Source: Candidatus Gottesmanbacteria bacterium (GTDB lineage: Bacteria > Patescibacteriota > Microgenomatia > UBA10105 > UBA927). From it: 63,688 nucleotides of DNA. Position numbers and translations under genes: made by a program. Below are positions 34,205-45,358 of the stretch, one piece after another. The first letter of the stretch is position 1, and every line of letters starts with the position of its first letter. The stretch covers positions 1 to 63,688 of the forward strand of contig JAHFKN010000007.1 in the NCBI GenBank assembly GCA_023245355.1. The letters run 5' to 3'. Below the pieces are notes generated by a model that did no database searches, was not told the origin of the DNA, and saw nothing but the letters and a program-made list of their open reading frames with translations.

Positions 34205-35620
34205 TCATTGCGCCGCCGGGCTCCGCAGATACACAGCCTGCCATGGCCGGAAGTTGGATGTGAATGTCGTGTCCTGCAGGACTTCGTTCCCGCGGGTCAC
34301 ACGGTAGGCAAATGACGCTTTTGCTCCCCAGGCTGCCCAATCTACTTGTTTAACGACTCCCGGGGCAAGCGTCGGATCATCCTGGTACAGTGGAGGCGGC
34401 GGGGGAGTTTCGCCCCAGACGACATGTTTACTGATTTCACTGCTTCTGCCGTCATGCGCGCCGTAGAGTTCAAACGTCAGGGTCATGTTTTTTGTGTCTG
34501 TTTTGGTTTGGATTAAAATGTGCGCGGGCGTGTCGTTTTTAATTTTTAAGTCGACACTGGGCGAAAACACAGTTGCATCAAGTCCCGGTTTGAACCCGCC
34601 CTCTTCATAGTAATGGACCCGGTATGCGTGCGCGTGGCGTTCTGCTATCGGCAGTCCGGCATTAAGTGCCGCACGGAATAAGGTAGAACTTACCTGACAC
34701 ACGCCGCCACCGTCACCTAAGACGGTTCTGCCCTCTTTAATGATATATGCAGACTGGTATCCTGTGGCTGCCGAAATGTCTCCTAACGCGTCATTAAACG
34801 AAAGCGTTTCTCCCGGGGGAATGAGCACCCCGTTGAGGCGGGAGGCTGCAAGAGCGACGTTATGAATTCTTCCCGGTATGGATCCCTGGAATTCCGAATA
34901 GCCGCGGCCGATTAACTCTTTGATGCCGAATGAATTGGCTTTTTGTGTAGTTGCCGACGGATTCACCGTATAGACAGGGATTGTGATCACAATATGGTAT
35001 ACCGGTGCATGCGGCAGGGCTTTTACCGCCTCGTCAAACCGCGCAAGTGCTTCCTGCTGGTGTACCGCGCGTCCGTCCCGGGAAGCACGGAACGCAGTGA
35101 CACGGCCGTTTTCAAACTGGAACAGCGCATCCTGCACGGGCACGTCTATGCGGGCAGCAAAATCGGTAATCACGTCACGGACCTGGTCTGATTTCCACCG
35201 GAAATACGGAGTGATATGCACGGTTCCGCGGAAAAACTTGGTCGTTATGTCACGCAGCCAATTACCGCTCCGTCCCATGGCGTACGCCTGTGTAGCAGAA
35301 AGGGTGGCATCGTATCCCAAATCCAGATTCGAACCGGAAATGGTGGCGATTTCATTTTCAAATTTAAACTCAAATACCGAGGAAGCAAACGGGATATTTT
35401 GGTTTTTCCAATAGTCTTCGACTTCTTGGGGTGTTTTGCCGCCGAACGGAATGCCGTCGATTACGATATTCGGATATACTTTGCCGTCATAATAGGCATC
35501 GTATGCGGAAAGTCCGATGAACCCGGTAAGTATCAGCAATATGCCTCCGATGGTAAACGCCCGCAGCAGTGAAAGGATCGATGTTGTGTCAGATGATCTT
35601 ACGGGGGGATTGTGACTCAT
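34205..35620 (-). CDS. VanW family protein with YoaR-like peptidoglycan-binding region
   Basis: N-terminal TM, YxGKVYPNIVIDG, RIHNVALA, SFND-x2-G, GGGVCQVSSTLF, DAT, DLKIKND. The track start at 35632 overlaps a TACAAT, so 35620 was chosen. Confidence 0.9.
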   Translation of the reverse strand: MSHNPPVRSSDTTSILSLLRAFTIGGILLILTGFIGLSAYDAYYDGKVYPNIVIDGIPFGGKTPQEVEDYWKNQNIPFASSVFEFKFENEIATISGSNLDLGYDATLSATQAYAMGRSGNWLRDITTKFFRGTVHITPYFRWKSDQVRDVITDFAARIDVPVQDALFQFENGRVTAFRASRDGRAVHQQEALARFDEAVKALPHAPVYHIVITIPVYTVNPSATTQKANSFGIKELIGRGYSEFQGSIPGRIHNVALAASRLNGVLIPPGETLSFNDALGDISAATGYQSAYIIKEGRTVLGDGGGVCQVSSTLFRAALNAGLPIAERHAHAYRVHYYEEGGFKPGLDATVFSPSVDLKIKNDTPAHILIQTKTDTKNMTLTFELYGAHDGRSSEISKHVVWGETPPPPPLYQDDPTLAPGVVKQVDWAAWGAKASFAYRVTRGNEVLQDTTFTSNFRPWQAVYLRSPAAQ

Positions 35621-35648
35621 GTTATGATACATTGTACCCTACATTACT

Positions 35649-37262
35649 ATGGATCCAAAAGACCCACAGACACCGGAGACTCCTGCTGCCCCTGCCCGGG
35701 GGATCGGCATTGGGGAGTCAGTATTTCAGGCGCCGCCCGCCGCACAGAGTTCCGAACCGGTTAACGCGCCTGCTATAGATACTGCCGCAACCGTAGCCCC
35801 CCCCGCGGCTCCCGACACGATTGTCGTGCCGCCCACGGATGCTGCGGCGCCTGCAGTTCCCTCTCCGTCGGCTGCCCCCAATCCGTTTATCCCGAACATT
35901 CAGGTACCGGACAGCGGTGATACGAAGCCTGCATCAGGAGCAAAGCCGTTTGTCAGGATTATTCTTATTCTGGTTGTCCTGTTGGCGCTTGGCGCGCTGG
36001 GCATCTTTGTGTGGGGAAAAATGAGCGGCGGGGCCGCAAAAAAATCGCAGGAAGTAACCATAAATTATTGGGGGCTGTGGGAAAACGATGCGGTGACCAG
36101 GCAATTCATTGCCGATTTTGAAACGACTCACCCCAAGATAAAGGTGCAGTATACTCAGCAGTCGCCGAAACAGTACCGTGAGCGGTTGCAGTCAGCCATC
36201 AACAGAGGGGAAGGGCCGGATGTGTTTCGGTTTCATAATACCTGGATTCCGATGCTTCGGAATCAGCTTGCGCTTGTGCCGCCGACGGTTATGACGGCGT
36301 CTGAATTCAGCACGACGTTTTTTCCGGTATCGAGTAATGAATTGGTTTCCGGGACATCCATATTCGGACTTCCGCTCATGATTGACGGTCTGGGTTTGTA
36401 TATAAACGATGCGTTGTTTGCAACTGCCGGCGTGAGCGAGCCGGCCACCTGGACGGATGTCATCAATCTTATTCCGAAGCTGACCGTGAAAAACGGTACG
36501 GCAATCGTAACCTCTGCCATAGCACTCGGTACGACAAACAACGTCGAACATTTCAGCGACATATTGGGACTTATGTTTCTCCAGAACGGCGCGCCGATTT
36601 CTAATCCGGTCGGGAAAGAAGCCGAGGGAACCCTGATCTTTTACCGGAAATTCGCCGATACGTCCGATCCGCTGTATACCTGGAGCGAAGGGATGGACAA
36701 TTCGGTTTCCGCGTTTGCAAACGGCAGGGTCGCGATGATTCTCGCCCCCTCGTGGCGCGCCCATGATATCGCGCAGATAAGTCCAAAACTTCGGTTTCAT
36801 ATTGTTCCGGTGCCTCAGCTTCAGGGGAATGCCGTCGCCTGGTCGTCCTACTGGGTAGAGGGTGTGTCTGCCCGAAGTAAAAATCTCGATGCAGCGTGGA
36901 CGTTTGTCAAATACATGACGAGCAAGGAAGGAGCGACCAAACTGTATACGGAAGCCTCCAAAACCCGGATGTTCGGTGAGCCGTATGCGCGCGTGGAACT
37001 TGCCAATACCGTTACCGATGATCCGTACGTCGGGGCCTACGTAAAGCAGGCGGTATATGCGCGCTCATTTCCGCTGGCTTCACGAACGTATGATAATGGT
37101 TTGAACGACAAGCTGATCCAGTATGCGACGGACGCAGTCAACGGCATGGTAAACGGAGGTTCCCCGACGCAGGTGCTCACTACCATGTCCTCCGGATTTC
37201 GGCAGGTGCTATCATCGTATGGCATGAGTACAAGCGGATCAGAAATCACTCCTACCCCATAA
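35649..37262 (+). CDS. Membrane-anchored sugar ABC-type substrate-binding protein with Pro/Ala-rich N-terminal extension
   Basis: TM at about aa 103-122, then INYWGLWE, GEGPDVF, FANGRVAMI and AWTFVKYM, typical of SBP_bac_1/8. No permease or ATPase gene adjacent. Confidence 0.85.
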   Translation: MDPKDPQTPETPAAPARGIGIGESVFQAPPAAQSSEPVNAPAIDTAATVAPPAAPDTIVVPPTDAAAPAVPSPSAAPNPFIPNIQVPDSGDTKPASGAKPFVRIILILVVLLALGALGIFVWGKMSGGAAKKSQEVTINYWGLWENDAVTRQFIADFETTHPKIKVQYTQQSPKQYRERLQSAINRGEGPDVFRFHNTWIPMLRNQLALVPPTVMTASEFSTTFFPVSSNELVSGTSIFGLPLMIDGLGLYINDALFATAGVSEPATWTDVINLIPKLTVKNGTAIVTSAIALGTTNNVEHFSDILGLMFLQNGAPISNPVGKEAEGTLIFYRKFADTSDPLYTWSEGMDNSVSAFANGRVAMILAPSWRAHDIAQISPKLRFHIVPVPQLQGNAVAWSSYWVEGVSARSKNLDAAWTFVKYMTSKEGATKLYTEASKTRMFGEPYARVELANTVTDDPYVGAYVKQAVYARSFPLASRTYDNGLNDKLIQYATDAVNGMVNGGSPTQVLTTMSSGFRQVLSSYGMSTSGSEITPTP

Positions 37263-37272
37263 TGCATCAGGA

Positions 37273-38175
37273 ATGAATGTATCGCGCACCCAAAAAGTAA
37301 TCGCAACAGTCGCATACGCAGATGTGTTTACCTACCCGTTAACCAGGGATGAAATCAGCTACTGGGCAATAGGAGGCATGAGCCGTATGCCCGCTCCGGG
37401 CAGATCTGTAGAGACAACGGAGTATAACGGCACGGAGTATGTCCACTTGCCCGGACGGGGAAGAGCCGTGTGGCAGCGGGTGAAAAAGAAAGCGATTGCC
37501 GCACACAAATGGCACCGCATCTACCACGTCATGAATCATTTCCGTTTTATTCCGACGCTGCTGCTGGTTGGTGTCACCGGAGGACTGGCCGTCGATAACG
37601 CGAAAGAAGAAGACGATATCGACGTATTTTTTATTTCCCGGAAGCACACGGTATGGGTGACGCGGATGATAGTTACTCTGGTAGCCGAAGGACTCGGAAT
37701 CCGCCGCCGCCCAAACGACGGTTCGGTTGCCGACAAGATATGTCTTAACATGTTCATGTCGGAAGATGCGCTTGAGTTGCCGGAGAACGAACATGACTTG
37801 TTTGCCGCCCATGAGGTGCTGCAGATGGTTCCGCTCTGGCAGCGGGAAGGGGTGTACCGTAAATTCCTGTCTGCGAACCGCTGGGTGAATTATTTTTTGC
37901 CCCGGGCATTCCGTGAGCGCATGAGTGTGGCTGACCAGGTCTCCTCGGTGCCAGCCGGTTTTCTGATTCCGCTTGTTGTCGTGTGCCGCTTGCTGGAACC
38001 TCTGGCAAAATATGTACAGCTATGGTATATGAATAGGAGACGGACTAATGAAATAATTAGAGCCGGTATGATCCGGTTTCATCCTCGTGATGCGCGCCTG
38101 TGGGTTCGGGAAAAGTTCGAGAGCAGATTGAAGCTGCGGCATATACCCCTTGACAAGTTTTTTTATCACCGATAA
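37273..38175 (+). CDS. Pol-beta-superfamily nucleotidyltransferase-like protein
   Basis: GVTGGLA-x8-DDIDVFFI (hG[GS]...DxD) and CLNMF motifs. Confidence 0.7.
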   Translation: MNVSRTQKVIATVAYADVFTYPLTRDEISYWAIGGMSRMPAPGRSVETTEYNGTEYVHLPGRGRAVWQRVKKKAIAAHKWHRIYHVMNHFRFIPTLLLVGVTGGLAVDNAKEEDDIDVFFISRKHTVWVTRMIVTLVAEGLGIRRRPNDGSVADKICLNMFMSEDALELPENEHDLFAAHEVLQMVPLWQREGVYRKFLSANRWVNYFLPRAFRERMSVADQVSSVPAGFLIPLVVVCRLLEPLAKYVQLWYMNRRRTNEIIRAGMIRFHPRDARLWVREKFESRLKLRHIPLDKFFYHR

Positions 38176-38178
38176 AAT
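38150..38178 (+). promoter_or_regulatory. Sigma70 promoter of groES-groEL
   Basis: TTGACA (38150-55), 17-nt spacer, TAAAAT (38173-78), inside the 3' end of the upstream CDS. Confidence 0.85.
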
Positions 38179-38203
38179 AGCACTCACTTCTAAAGACTGC
38201 TAG
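38177..38203 (+). promoter_or_regulatory. CIRCE element (HrcA operator)
   Basis: ATAGCACTC-N9-GACTGCTAG versus consensus TTAGCACTC-N9-GAGTGCTAA (3 mismatches), directly upstream of groES. Confidence 0.88.
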
Positions 38204-38255
38204 TTTTTTAGCAAAATCATATAGTAGTCGCATTTATAAAAAAAAGGAGGTAGTT

Positions 38256-40231
<1,976 letters not shown>

Positions 40232-40254
40232 TAGACTAAAAAAGTAGTAACCGT

Positions 40255-40279
40255 AAAGCCCCTCGAAAGAGGGGCTTTT
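40255..40279 (+). terminator. Intrinsic terminator after groEL
   Basis: AAAGCCCCTC-GAAA-GAGGGGCTTTT. Confidence 0.85.
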
Positions 40280-40300
40280 GGTATACTAGCTCCAAGAACT

Positions 40301-40936
40301 ATGTCTTTCGATCTCACGCAAGCTACCATAGCTACTTACAATAAGACTGCCAAAGAATATATTCTCAAAGTGCAAAAATACGCACCGGTTCCGGAGCGGG
40401 AAAAGTTTATGTCACTCGTAACACCGGGAGGAAACATACTGGATGCCGGGTGCGGGTCGGGGAGGGACGCGAATTACTTCGCATCCAAAGGGTTTGCCGT
40501 TACCGGCATTGATCTTTCCGATACGCTTCTTTCGTACGCCAAAGACACCGCGCTTCCCAATGCCCGTTTCCTGAACATGGATTTACGTGCGATAAAACTT
40601 GATGAATCGTTTGACGGTATCTGGGCATCTGCGTCGCTGCTTCACTTGAAGCGCGGGGAAGTATTGCCGGTGCTAAAGAAGTTTCACCATATGCTCACAC
40701 CGGGAGGCGTACTGTTCTTGCTCATGAAAGAAGGAACCGGGGAAAAGCTTGTTATCAGCGGCACGATAGAAGGGGATACGAGATTTTTTACGTATTACAC
40801 GTCAGAGGAACTCCGCGCGCTTTTGGAAGCCGCCGGATTTATTGTGACGGATATGTACACCTGGGATCAGAAAGACCGCCATGCTGAGAGGCCACCGGAA
40901 GTATGGATTTCTACTTTTGCCACAACAGGAACATAA
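40301..40936 (+). CDS. Class I SAM-dependent methyltransferase
   Basis: ILDAGCGSGRD, GIDLS, FDGIWASASLLH, LTPGG. Confidence 0.92.
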   Translation: MSFDLTQATIATYNKTAKEYILKVQKYAPVPEREKFMSLVTPGGNILDAGCGSGRDANYFASKGFAVTGIDLSDTLLSYAKDTALPNARFLNMDLRAIKLDESFDGIWASASLLHLKRGEVLPVLKKFHHMLTPGGVLFLLMKEGTGEKLVISGTIEGDTRFFTYYTSEELRALLEAAGFIVTDMYTWDQKDRHAERPPEVWISTFATTGT

Positions 40937-41411
40937 TGACTGCCAGCATCAGCCAGAAAAACAGAAATAGCTTCAGGTTGGTTGACCAGTTCAATCCCCG
41001 TATATGAACGTCCGATAACGGATACAGTATGCGGGTAGCAAAATCTCCTTCGTGGGTAGGGATATCGATGAGAATATGCGATATATAACTTATCGATAGC
41101 ACAAGCCATTGATGGGGAAAAAATACAAACATACACATAGAAAAAAACGCGGCCCCATACAGCGTATGCGTTGATCTGTACGCGGCCATATCCCATGTAC
41201 CGGCGAATTTATTGGAACGCAGGAGATATGCGTACGTTTGGGCAAATGTATGTTCCGGCACGCGGGTTGCCTCGATAAATTTAATGGAATAAAACGGTAT
41301 AATACCCATAAGATCCGGTGCTATTGCGGCCGCTGCCGCTGCGAGAAGATCCGGTGAGCCCATGCTTTTGGCTATGGCAACACCGCTTAGGGCGTGGTAC
41401 AAAACATCCAT
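40911..41411 (-). CDS. Membrane protein, YdjM-like putative metal-dependent hydrolase
   Basis: MDVLYH, APDL, YRSTHTL, SHILIDIPTH and ILYPL motifs. Confidence 0.72.
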   Translation of the reverse strand: MDVLYHALSGVAIAKSMGSPDLLAAAAAAIAPDLMGIIPFYSIKFIEATRVPEHTFAQTYAYLLRSNKFAGTWDMAAYRSTHTLYGAAFFSMCMFVFFPHQWLVLSISYISHILIDIPTHEGDFATRILYPLSDVHIRGLNWSTNLKLFLFFWLMLAVIMFLLWQK

Positions 41412-41414
41412 AGT

Positions 41415-42302
41415 ATGATTCAATCTACCTTAGAAGAGATTATTACTCAAGACAACCTGGTACATCAGGGGATATTCGCGCAGCCCGAAAAGCAGGGGAG
41501 CAAGGCGCTGCTCTGGGTGCACGGCCTGACAGGAAAGTTTTATGGTGACGTGCTGCTTATGAATATGTTGGCCGGTGCGTGTGTGACATCGGGATTGGGA
41601 TTTGCGTCATTTAACACCCGGGGTCACGATATGATCGCAAACATAAGCACGGTTGATACAAACGACCCTTCAGGGTTCGGGCATAAAACGATCGGCGCAG
41701 GGTACGAAAAATTCGAAGAATGTATTTTCGATATCGATGCTGCCGTCACGTTTCTCGTGAATAAGGGATTTTCACAAGTCATTGTCGCGGGTCATAGCAG
41801 CGGGGCCAATAAGGTTGCCTATTACGCGGCAGAAAAAAATGACGATACCAGGGTTTCCGGCGTGGTACTCGCAGGTCCGATGTCAGACAGACTCTCGCCG
41901 CAAAATGATAAAGAAGAGTACGAAAAAAATATAACAATGTTGAAAATGCTCCGTGATGAAGGAAAAGGAGACGCGCTTCTTACAAAAGCCAACTGGTTCC
42001 CGGCGACGGCAGACAGAACCTGGAGTTTAATTGCGCCGAATACGCCGGAAGATGTATTTAATTATGGAGATGCATCTCATGTGCTTTCTGTTGTATCCGG
42101 CATCCGTGCGCCATTACTCGTCATTTTTTCCGGCAAGGATGAATATGCCGACCGGCCGATAGCGGATATCAAACAAGTGTTTGATGCGCATGTTTCGAAC
42201 AAAAACTACCGGAGCATTATTATTCCTGACACGACTCACGGATATGAAAGAAAAGAAAAAGAATTTGTATCCGAAGTTGTGACATGGGCAGCATCCCTGT
42301 AA
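41415..42302 (+). CDS. Alpha/beta hydrolase (DUF1749-like)
   Basis: WVHGLTG, NTRGH, nucleophile elbow GHSSG, Asp in GKDE, His in TTHGY. Confidence 0.85.
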   Translation: MIQSTLEEIITQDNLVHQGIFAQPEKQGSKALLWVHGLTGKFYGDVLLMNMLAGACVTSGLGFASFNTRGHDMIANISTVDTNDPSGFGHKTIGAGYEKFEECIFDIDAAVTFLVNKGFSQVIVAGHSSGANKVAYYAAEKNDDTRVSGVVLAGPMSDRLSPQNDKEEYEKNITMLKMLRDEGKGDALLTKANWFPATADRTWSLIAPNTPEDVFNYGDASHVLSVVSGIRAPLLVIFSGKDEYADRPIADIKQVFDAHVSNKNYRSIIIPDTTHGYERKEKEFVSEVVTWAASL

Positions 42303-42304
42303 CT

Positions 42305-43123
42305 ATGACGTACAAAACACTTCACTTACGCATCGCAAATCCGAAAGGATTATATCTTGCAACGGAAATAGATAAACCGGATACGGACGGATTGTGTCCG
42401 GTTGTTTATATTTTTCACGGATTTACGGGATACAAAGAGGGAGCGGACCTTGTTGATTTGGCACATAGCCTCGCAGAGCAGGGTATTGTCGCCGTGCGGT
42501 TTAACGCATCGGGATTCGGGGACAGCGAAGGTACGCTATCGGGAGATTACCGCTTCAGCAATCATAGGAAAGATGCGGAAAGCATTTATGCGTATGTATC
42601 TACGTTGCCGTACGTCGATACATCAAGAATCGGAGTATATGGTCACAGTATGGGGGGAAAACTTGCCGTATTGTTTTGCTATGACCATGCAGACGTGCAA
42701 GCACTGTGCGCGGTTTCCGCGCCGGTAGAATTTTCCGGAACGATGTACGGCAAGATAGAGGAAGAATGGAAAAAGAAACGGTATTTTGAGAAAGTAAGCA
42801 GCAGAGACGGAAAAAAGATCCGCGTGCCGTATGAGTACCGTGTCGATGCGGACGCACAAAAGCATGACGTTCTGGAAGCGGCCCGGCATGTGGCAACCCC
42901 GCACGCACTCATCATGGCGGGTTCACTCGATACGGAAGTCCCCTGGCAGGAAACGCAGAAGATTTATGATGCGCTTAACTGCCCAAAAACGTGGCGTCTC
43001 TTAAAGAATATCGATCACCAGTATAAGCGGAATCCGCTGTTACTCCCTGTGGTTCATGAGCCGGTTATCGCCTTTTTCGGGAAGTATTTATTACAGCGTG
43101 AGAGCAGGGAACGAAAGCGGTAA
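42305..43123 (+). CDS. Alpha/beta hydrolase (esterase/peptidase S9-like)
   Basis: FHGFTG, FNASGFGDSEG, GHSMGG, GSLDTEVP, IDH. Confidence 0.88.
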   Translation: MTYKTLHLRIANPKGLYLATEIDKPDTDGLCPVVYIFHGFTGYKEGADLVDLAHSLAEQGIVAVRFNASGFGDSEGTLSGDYRFSNHRKDAESIYAYVSTLPYVDTSRIGVYGHSMGGKLAVLFCYDHADVQALCAVSAPVEFSGTMYGKIEEEWKKKRYFEKVSSRDGKKIRVPYEYRVDADAQKHDVLEAARHVATPHALIMAGSLDTEVPWQETQKIYDALNCPKTWRLLKNIDHQYKRNPLLLPVVHEPVIAFFGKYLLQRESRERKR

Positions 43124-43756
43124 TTGCTGCTGAGAAAGTTCCCGGGGCTGGTATTTTTTGATTCCCGGAAGTACTTCCATAGGATTTATCGCCGCGCCGT
43201 TTTGACGGATTTCCAGATGCAGATGGTTTCCCGTTGCCCAGCCGGTAGCGCCGACCGTACCGATTTCGGTATCTTTCGAGACGATTTGTCCGATGACAAC
43301 TTCCGCCCGGGTAAGATGGGCGTAGATTGAGCTCATGCCGTCTTTATGTTCCACGATGACGTGCCGGCCATAGCCGTCCCGCAGTGTTTCGACCAATATG
43401 ACTTTTCCCTCGGTGACGGGATAAATCGGTGTGCCGGCAGGGTTGGTAAGATCCAGCCCCGGATGTCCGCCTGAAAAATATTGGGATATGCCGAACGCGG
43501 CCAGAGGCCAGCGGAATTGCGAGGGAACAACGATAGCATTGACGGTTGTCGTTTGTGTGTCGAGGTATACCTCAGCCGAGGCAAAGCCGGCCTGCGTTTG
43601 CGGCACGATCACAGCGCCGAAAAAGGCTAATCCAATAAGGGGAACACCGATTAACTCCTGAACGGAGCGGTGTTCAATATGGTCCCGTACCCAGCGGCTC
43701 AGACGGTTACTGCCGTGGTATGGCCGTGTAAGCCAAATTAAGGCTGTTTTTACCAT
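43091..43756 (-). CDS. M23 family metallo-endopeptidase with N-terminal TM anchor
   Basis: HPGLD (HxxxD), GTPIYPV, GYGRHV, YAHL, TGNHLHLE (HxH). Confidence 0.92.
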   Translation of the reverse strand: MVKTALIWLTRPYHGSNRLSRWVRDHIEHRSVQELIGVPLIGLAFFGAVIVPQTQAGFASAEVYLDTQTTTVNAIVVPSQFRWPLAAFGISQYFSGGHPGLDLTNPAGTPIYPVTEGKVILVETLRDGYGRHVIVEHKDGMSSIYAHLTRAEVVIGQIVSKDTEIGTVGATGWATGNHLHLEIRQNGAAINPMEVLPGIKKYQPRELSQQQLPLSFPALTL

Positions 43757-43768
43757 ATGAAAGAGACT

Positions 43769-43792
43769 AAAAAACCACTCCCGAAAGAGTGG
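43769..43792 (-). terminator. Terminator-like hairpin in the 5' leader of the M23 gene
   Basis: Minus strand CCACTC-TTTCGG-GAGTGG followed by 6 T, ending 12 nt before the M23 ATG. Confidence 0.5.
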
Positions 43793-43806
43793 CTCAATAG
43801 GCCGCT

Positions 43807-43835
43807 ATTGTAGCGTAAAAACGCTCCAAAGTCAA
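43807..43835 (-). promoter_or_regulatory. Sigma70-type promoter for the M23 gene
   Basis: Minus strand TTGACT (43835-30), 17-nt spacer, TACAAT (43812-07). Confidence 0.65.
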
Positions 43836-43897
43836 ATACGCGGGAAGGGGTGACGTTGCCGAAACTCGCCTCGGTATGGTATGATCGAACTCAATTT

Positions 43898-44779
43898 ATG
43901 AAGCGTAAATTTGGCTTTCTTATCATCTTCGTTATCGTTACCCTCATTATTTTCGGAGCTGTGAAATTATTGGGATCCCGGGCGCCGAAAGAAGGCGAAC
44001 TGAGAGTCGACGCAACCCCCACCGTGAGCGTATTTTTGGATAATAAACATATCGGCAGAACGCCTCTCAAAGAAAAAATAACTGCAGGTGAGTACACAAT
44101 CCGGCTGGTGGCAGAATCCACAACCGGTGAATTTGCACCGTGGCAGGCAAAAATTTCGGTAGGGCCGAATTTATTAACCTACGTAAACGCCGTGCTTTCC
44201 GAGTCGGAGCTTTCGTCAGCCGTTGACGTATTGTGGCTGGAAAAGAGCGTTGCCGGCAAACCGGAGCTTTCCATTATTACCAATCCTGACGGCGCATCGG
44301 TCGTACTGGATGACGTCACCAAAGGAATCACGCCGCTGACCGTTTCCGATCTGGCTGCCGGAGATCATAATCTGACCGTTACGTCACCCGGGTTTCTTAC
44401 ACGTACGATGAAAGTGAAGCTTACTGCAGGATACAAGCTTATTTCCAGCATGAAATTAGCGTTGTCTGCCGGGGGAGTTCCAGCGGCTGAAGCAACGCCG
44501 GCTGCTACCACGCCGACTACGCCGTCGCCGTCGCTTAAACCAGGCTCAACAGCCACCTCGTCAGCAACCCCGCAGAAACCATACGTCGTGATAAAGGATA
44601 CGCCGACAGGATTCCTGCGCGTACGGATGGAGCCTTCCACGGCCGCCACGGAAGCGGGACGCGTCAATCCCGGAGAAAAGTATCACCTGTTTAATCAGCA
44701 GACCGGGTGGTATCAGATTTCTCATGACGGAACGAATAAAGGCTGGATTTCCGCACAATACGCAGACAAGGTAGAGTAA
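43898..44779 (+). CDS. PEGA-domain protein with C-terminal SH3b domain
   Basis: N-terminal TM, two PEGA repeats (VFLDNKHIGRTP, VVLDDVTKGITP), Thr/Pro linker, then LRVRMEPS...GWYQI...GWIS (SH3_3). Confidence 0.88.
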   Translation: MKRKFGFLIIFVIVTLIIFGAVKLLGSRAPKEGELRVDATPTVSVFLDNKHIGRTPLKEKITAGEYTIRLVAESTTGEFAPWQAKISVGPNLLTYVNAVLSESELSSAVDVLWLEKSVAGKPELSIITNPDGASVVLDDVTKGITPLTVSDLAAGDHNLTVTSPGFLTRTMKVKLTAGYKLISSMKLALSAGGVPAAEATPAATTPTTPSPSLKPGSTATSSATPQKPYVVIKDTPTGFLRVRMEPSTAATEAGRVNPGEKYHLFNQQTGWYQISHDGTNKGWISAQYADKVE

Positions 44780-44825
44780 TAAATATACGCTCCGTTTTCG
44801 GCATCACCCCTGGTATGATGGAATC

Positions 44826-45350
44826 ATGAATACTCCCGCACACCCTCATGACTCTATCGCGCCGGTATGTACGGTAGATATATGTATTACCCACGATCAT
44901 GATGTTCTGATGTTTAAACGTAGCGACACAAAAAAAGTTTTCCCCGGCTGGTTAGCACTTCCGGGCGGTCATATCGAAGAAGGTGAAAATCCCCTGACGG
45001 CAGCAATCCGCGAAGTACAGGAAGAAGTCGGAGTTACCCTAACGCCGGAGGAGATACAGCTCAAGTTTGTCGCGATGCATCATCATACGGACCGAAACGA
45101 GCTTTTTATCGTGTTCGGATTTCTTGCCGCGCTGGCAAAGAAGCCGGAGCGCATCAATTCAAATAGTGAGGGACACGCCTCATGGATGAAGTCGGCTACG
45201 GTACTTCGGATGGATACGGTATTTCCGCCGGTGAAGTATTATCTGCCCCACGTGCTCGGTAACAAACCGGGTATCATCTACAATTACAGCATCTGGAATG
45301 ATTCAACACTGGTCCGGGTAGTCAGCGAACAGACGGACAGTAATTCCTGA
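44826..45350 (+). CDS. NUDIX hydrolase (MutT-like)
   Basis: Nudix box GGHIEEGENPLTAAIREVQEEVG. TG-G-TATGAT lies 6 nt before the ATG. Confidence 0.9.
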   Translation: MNTPAHPHDSIAPVCTVDICITHDHDVLMFKRSDTKKVFPGWLALPGGHIEEGENPLTAAIREVQEEVGVTLTPEEIQLKFVAMHHHTDRNELFIVFGFLAALAKKPERINSNSEGHASWMKSATVLRMDTVFPPVKYYLPHVLGNKPGIIYNYSIWNDSTLVRVVSEQTDSNS

Positions 45351-45358
45351 CGGGATTA

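Noticed and set aside
43772-43800. c-di-GMP-I riboswitch (AAACCACTC..GAAAGAGTGG resembles GEMM P1)
   Set aside because: It lacks the preceding GGC, the following GACGCAAAG and P2, and on that strand it is antisense to the nearest downstream gene start (M23).
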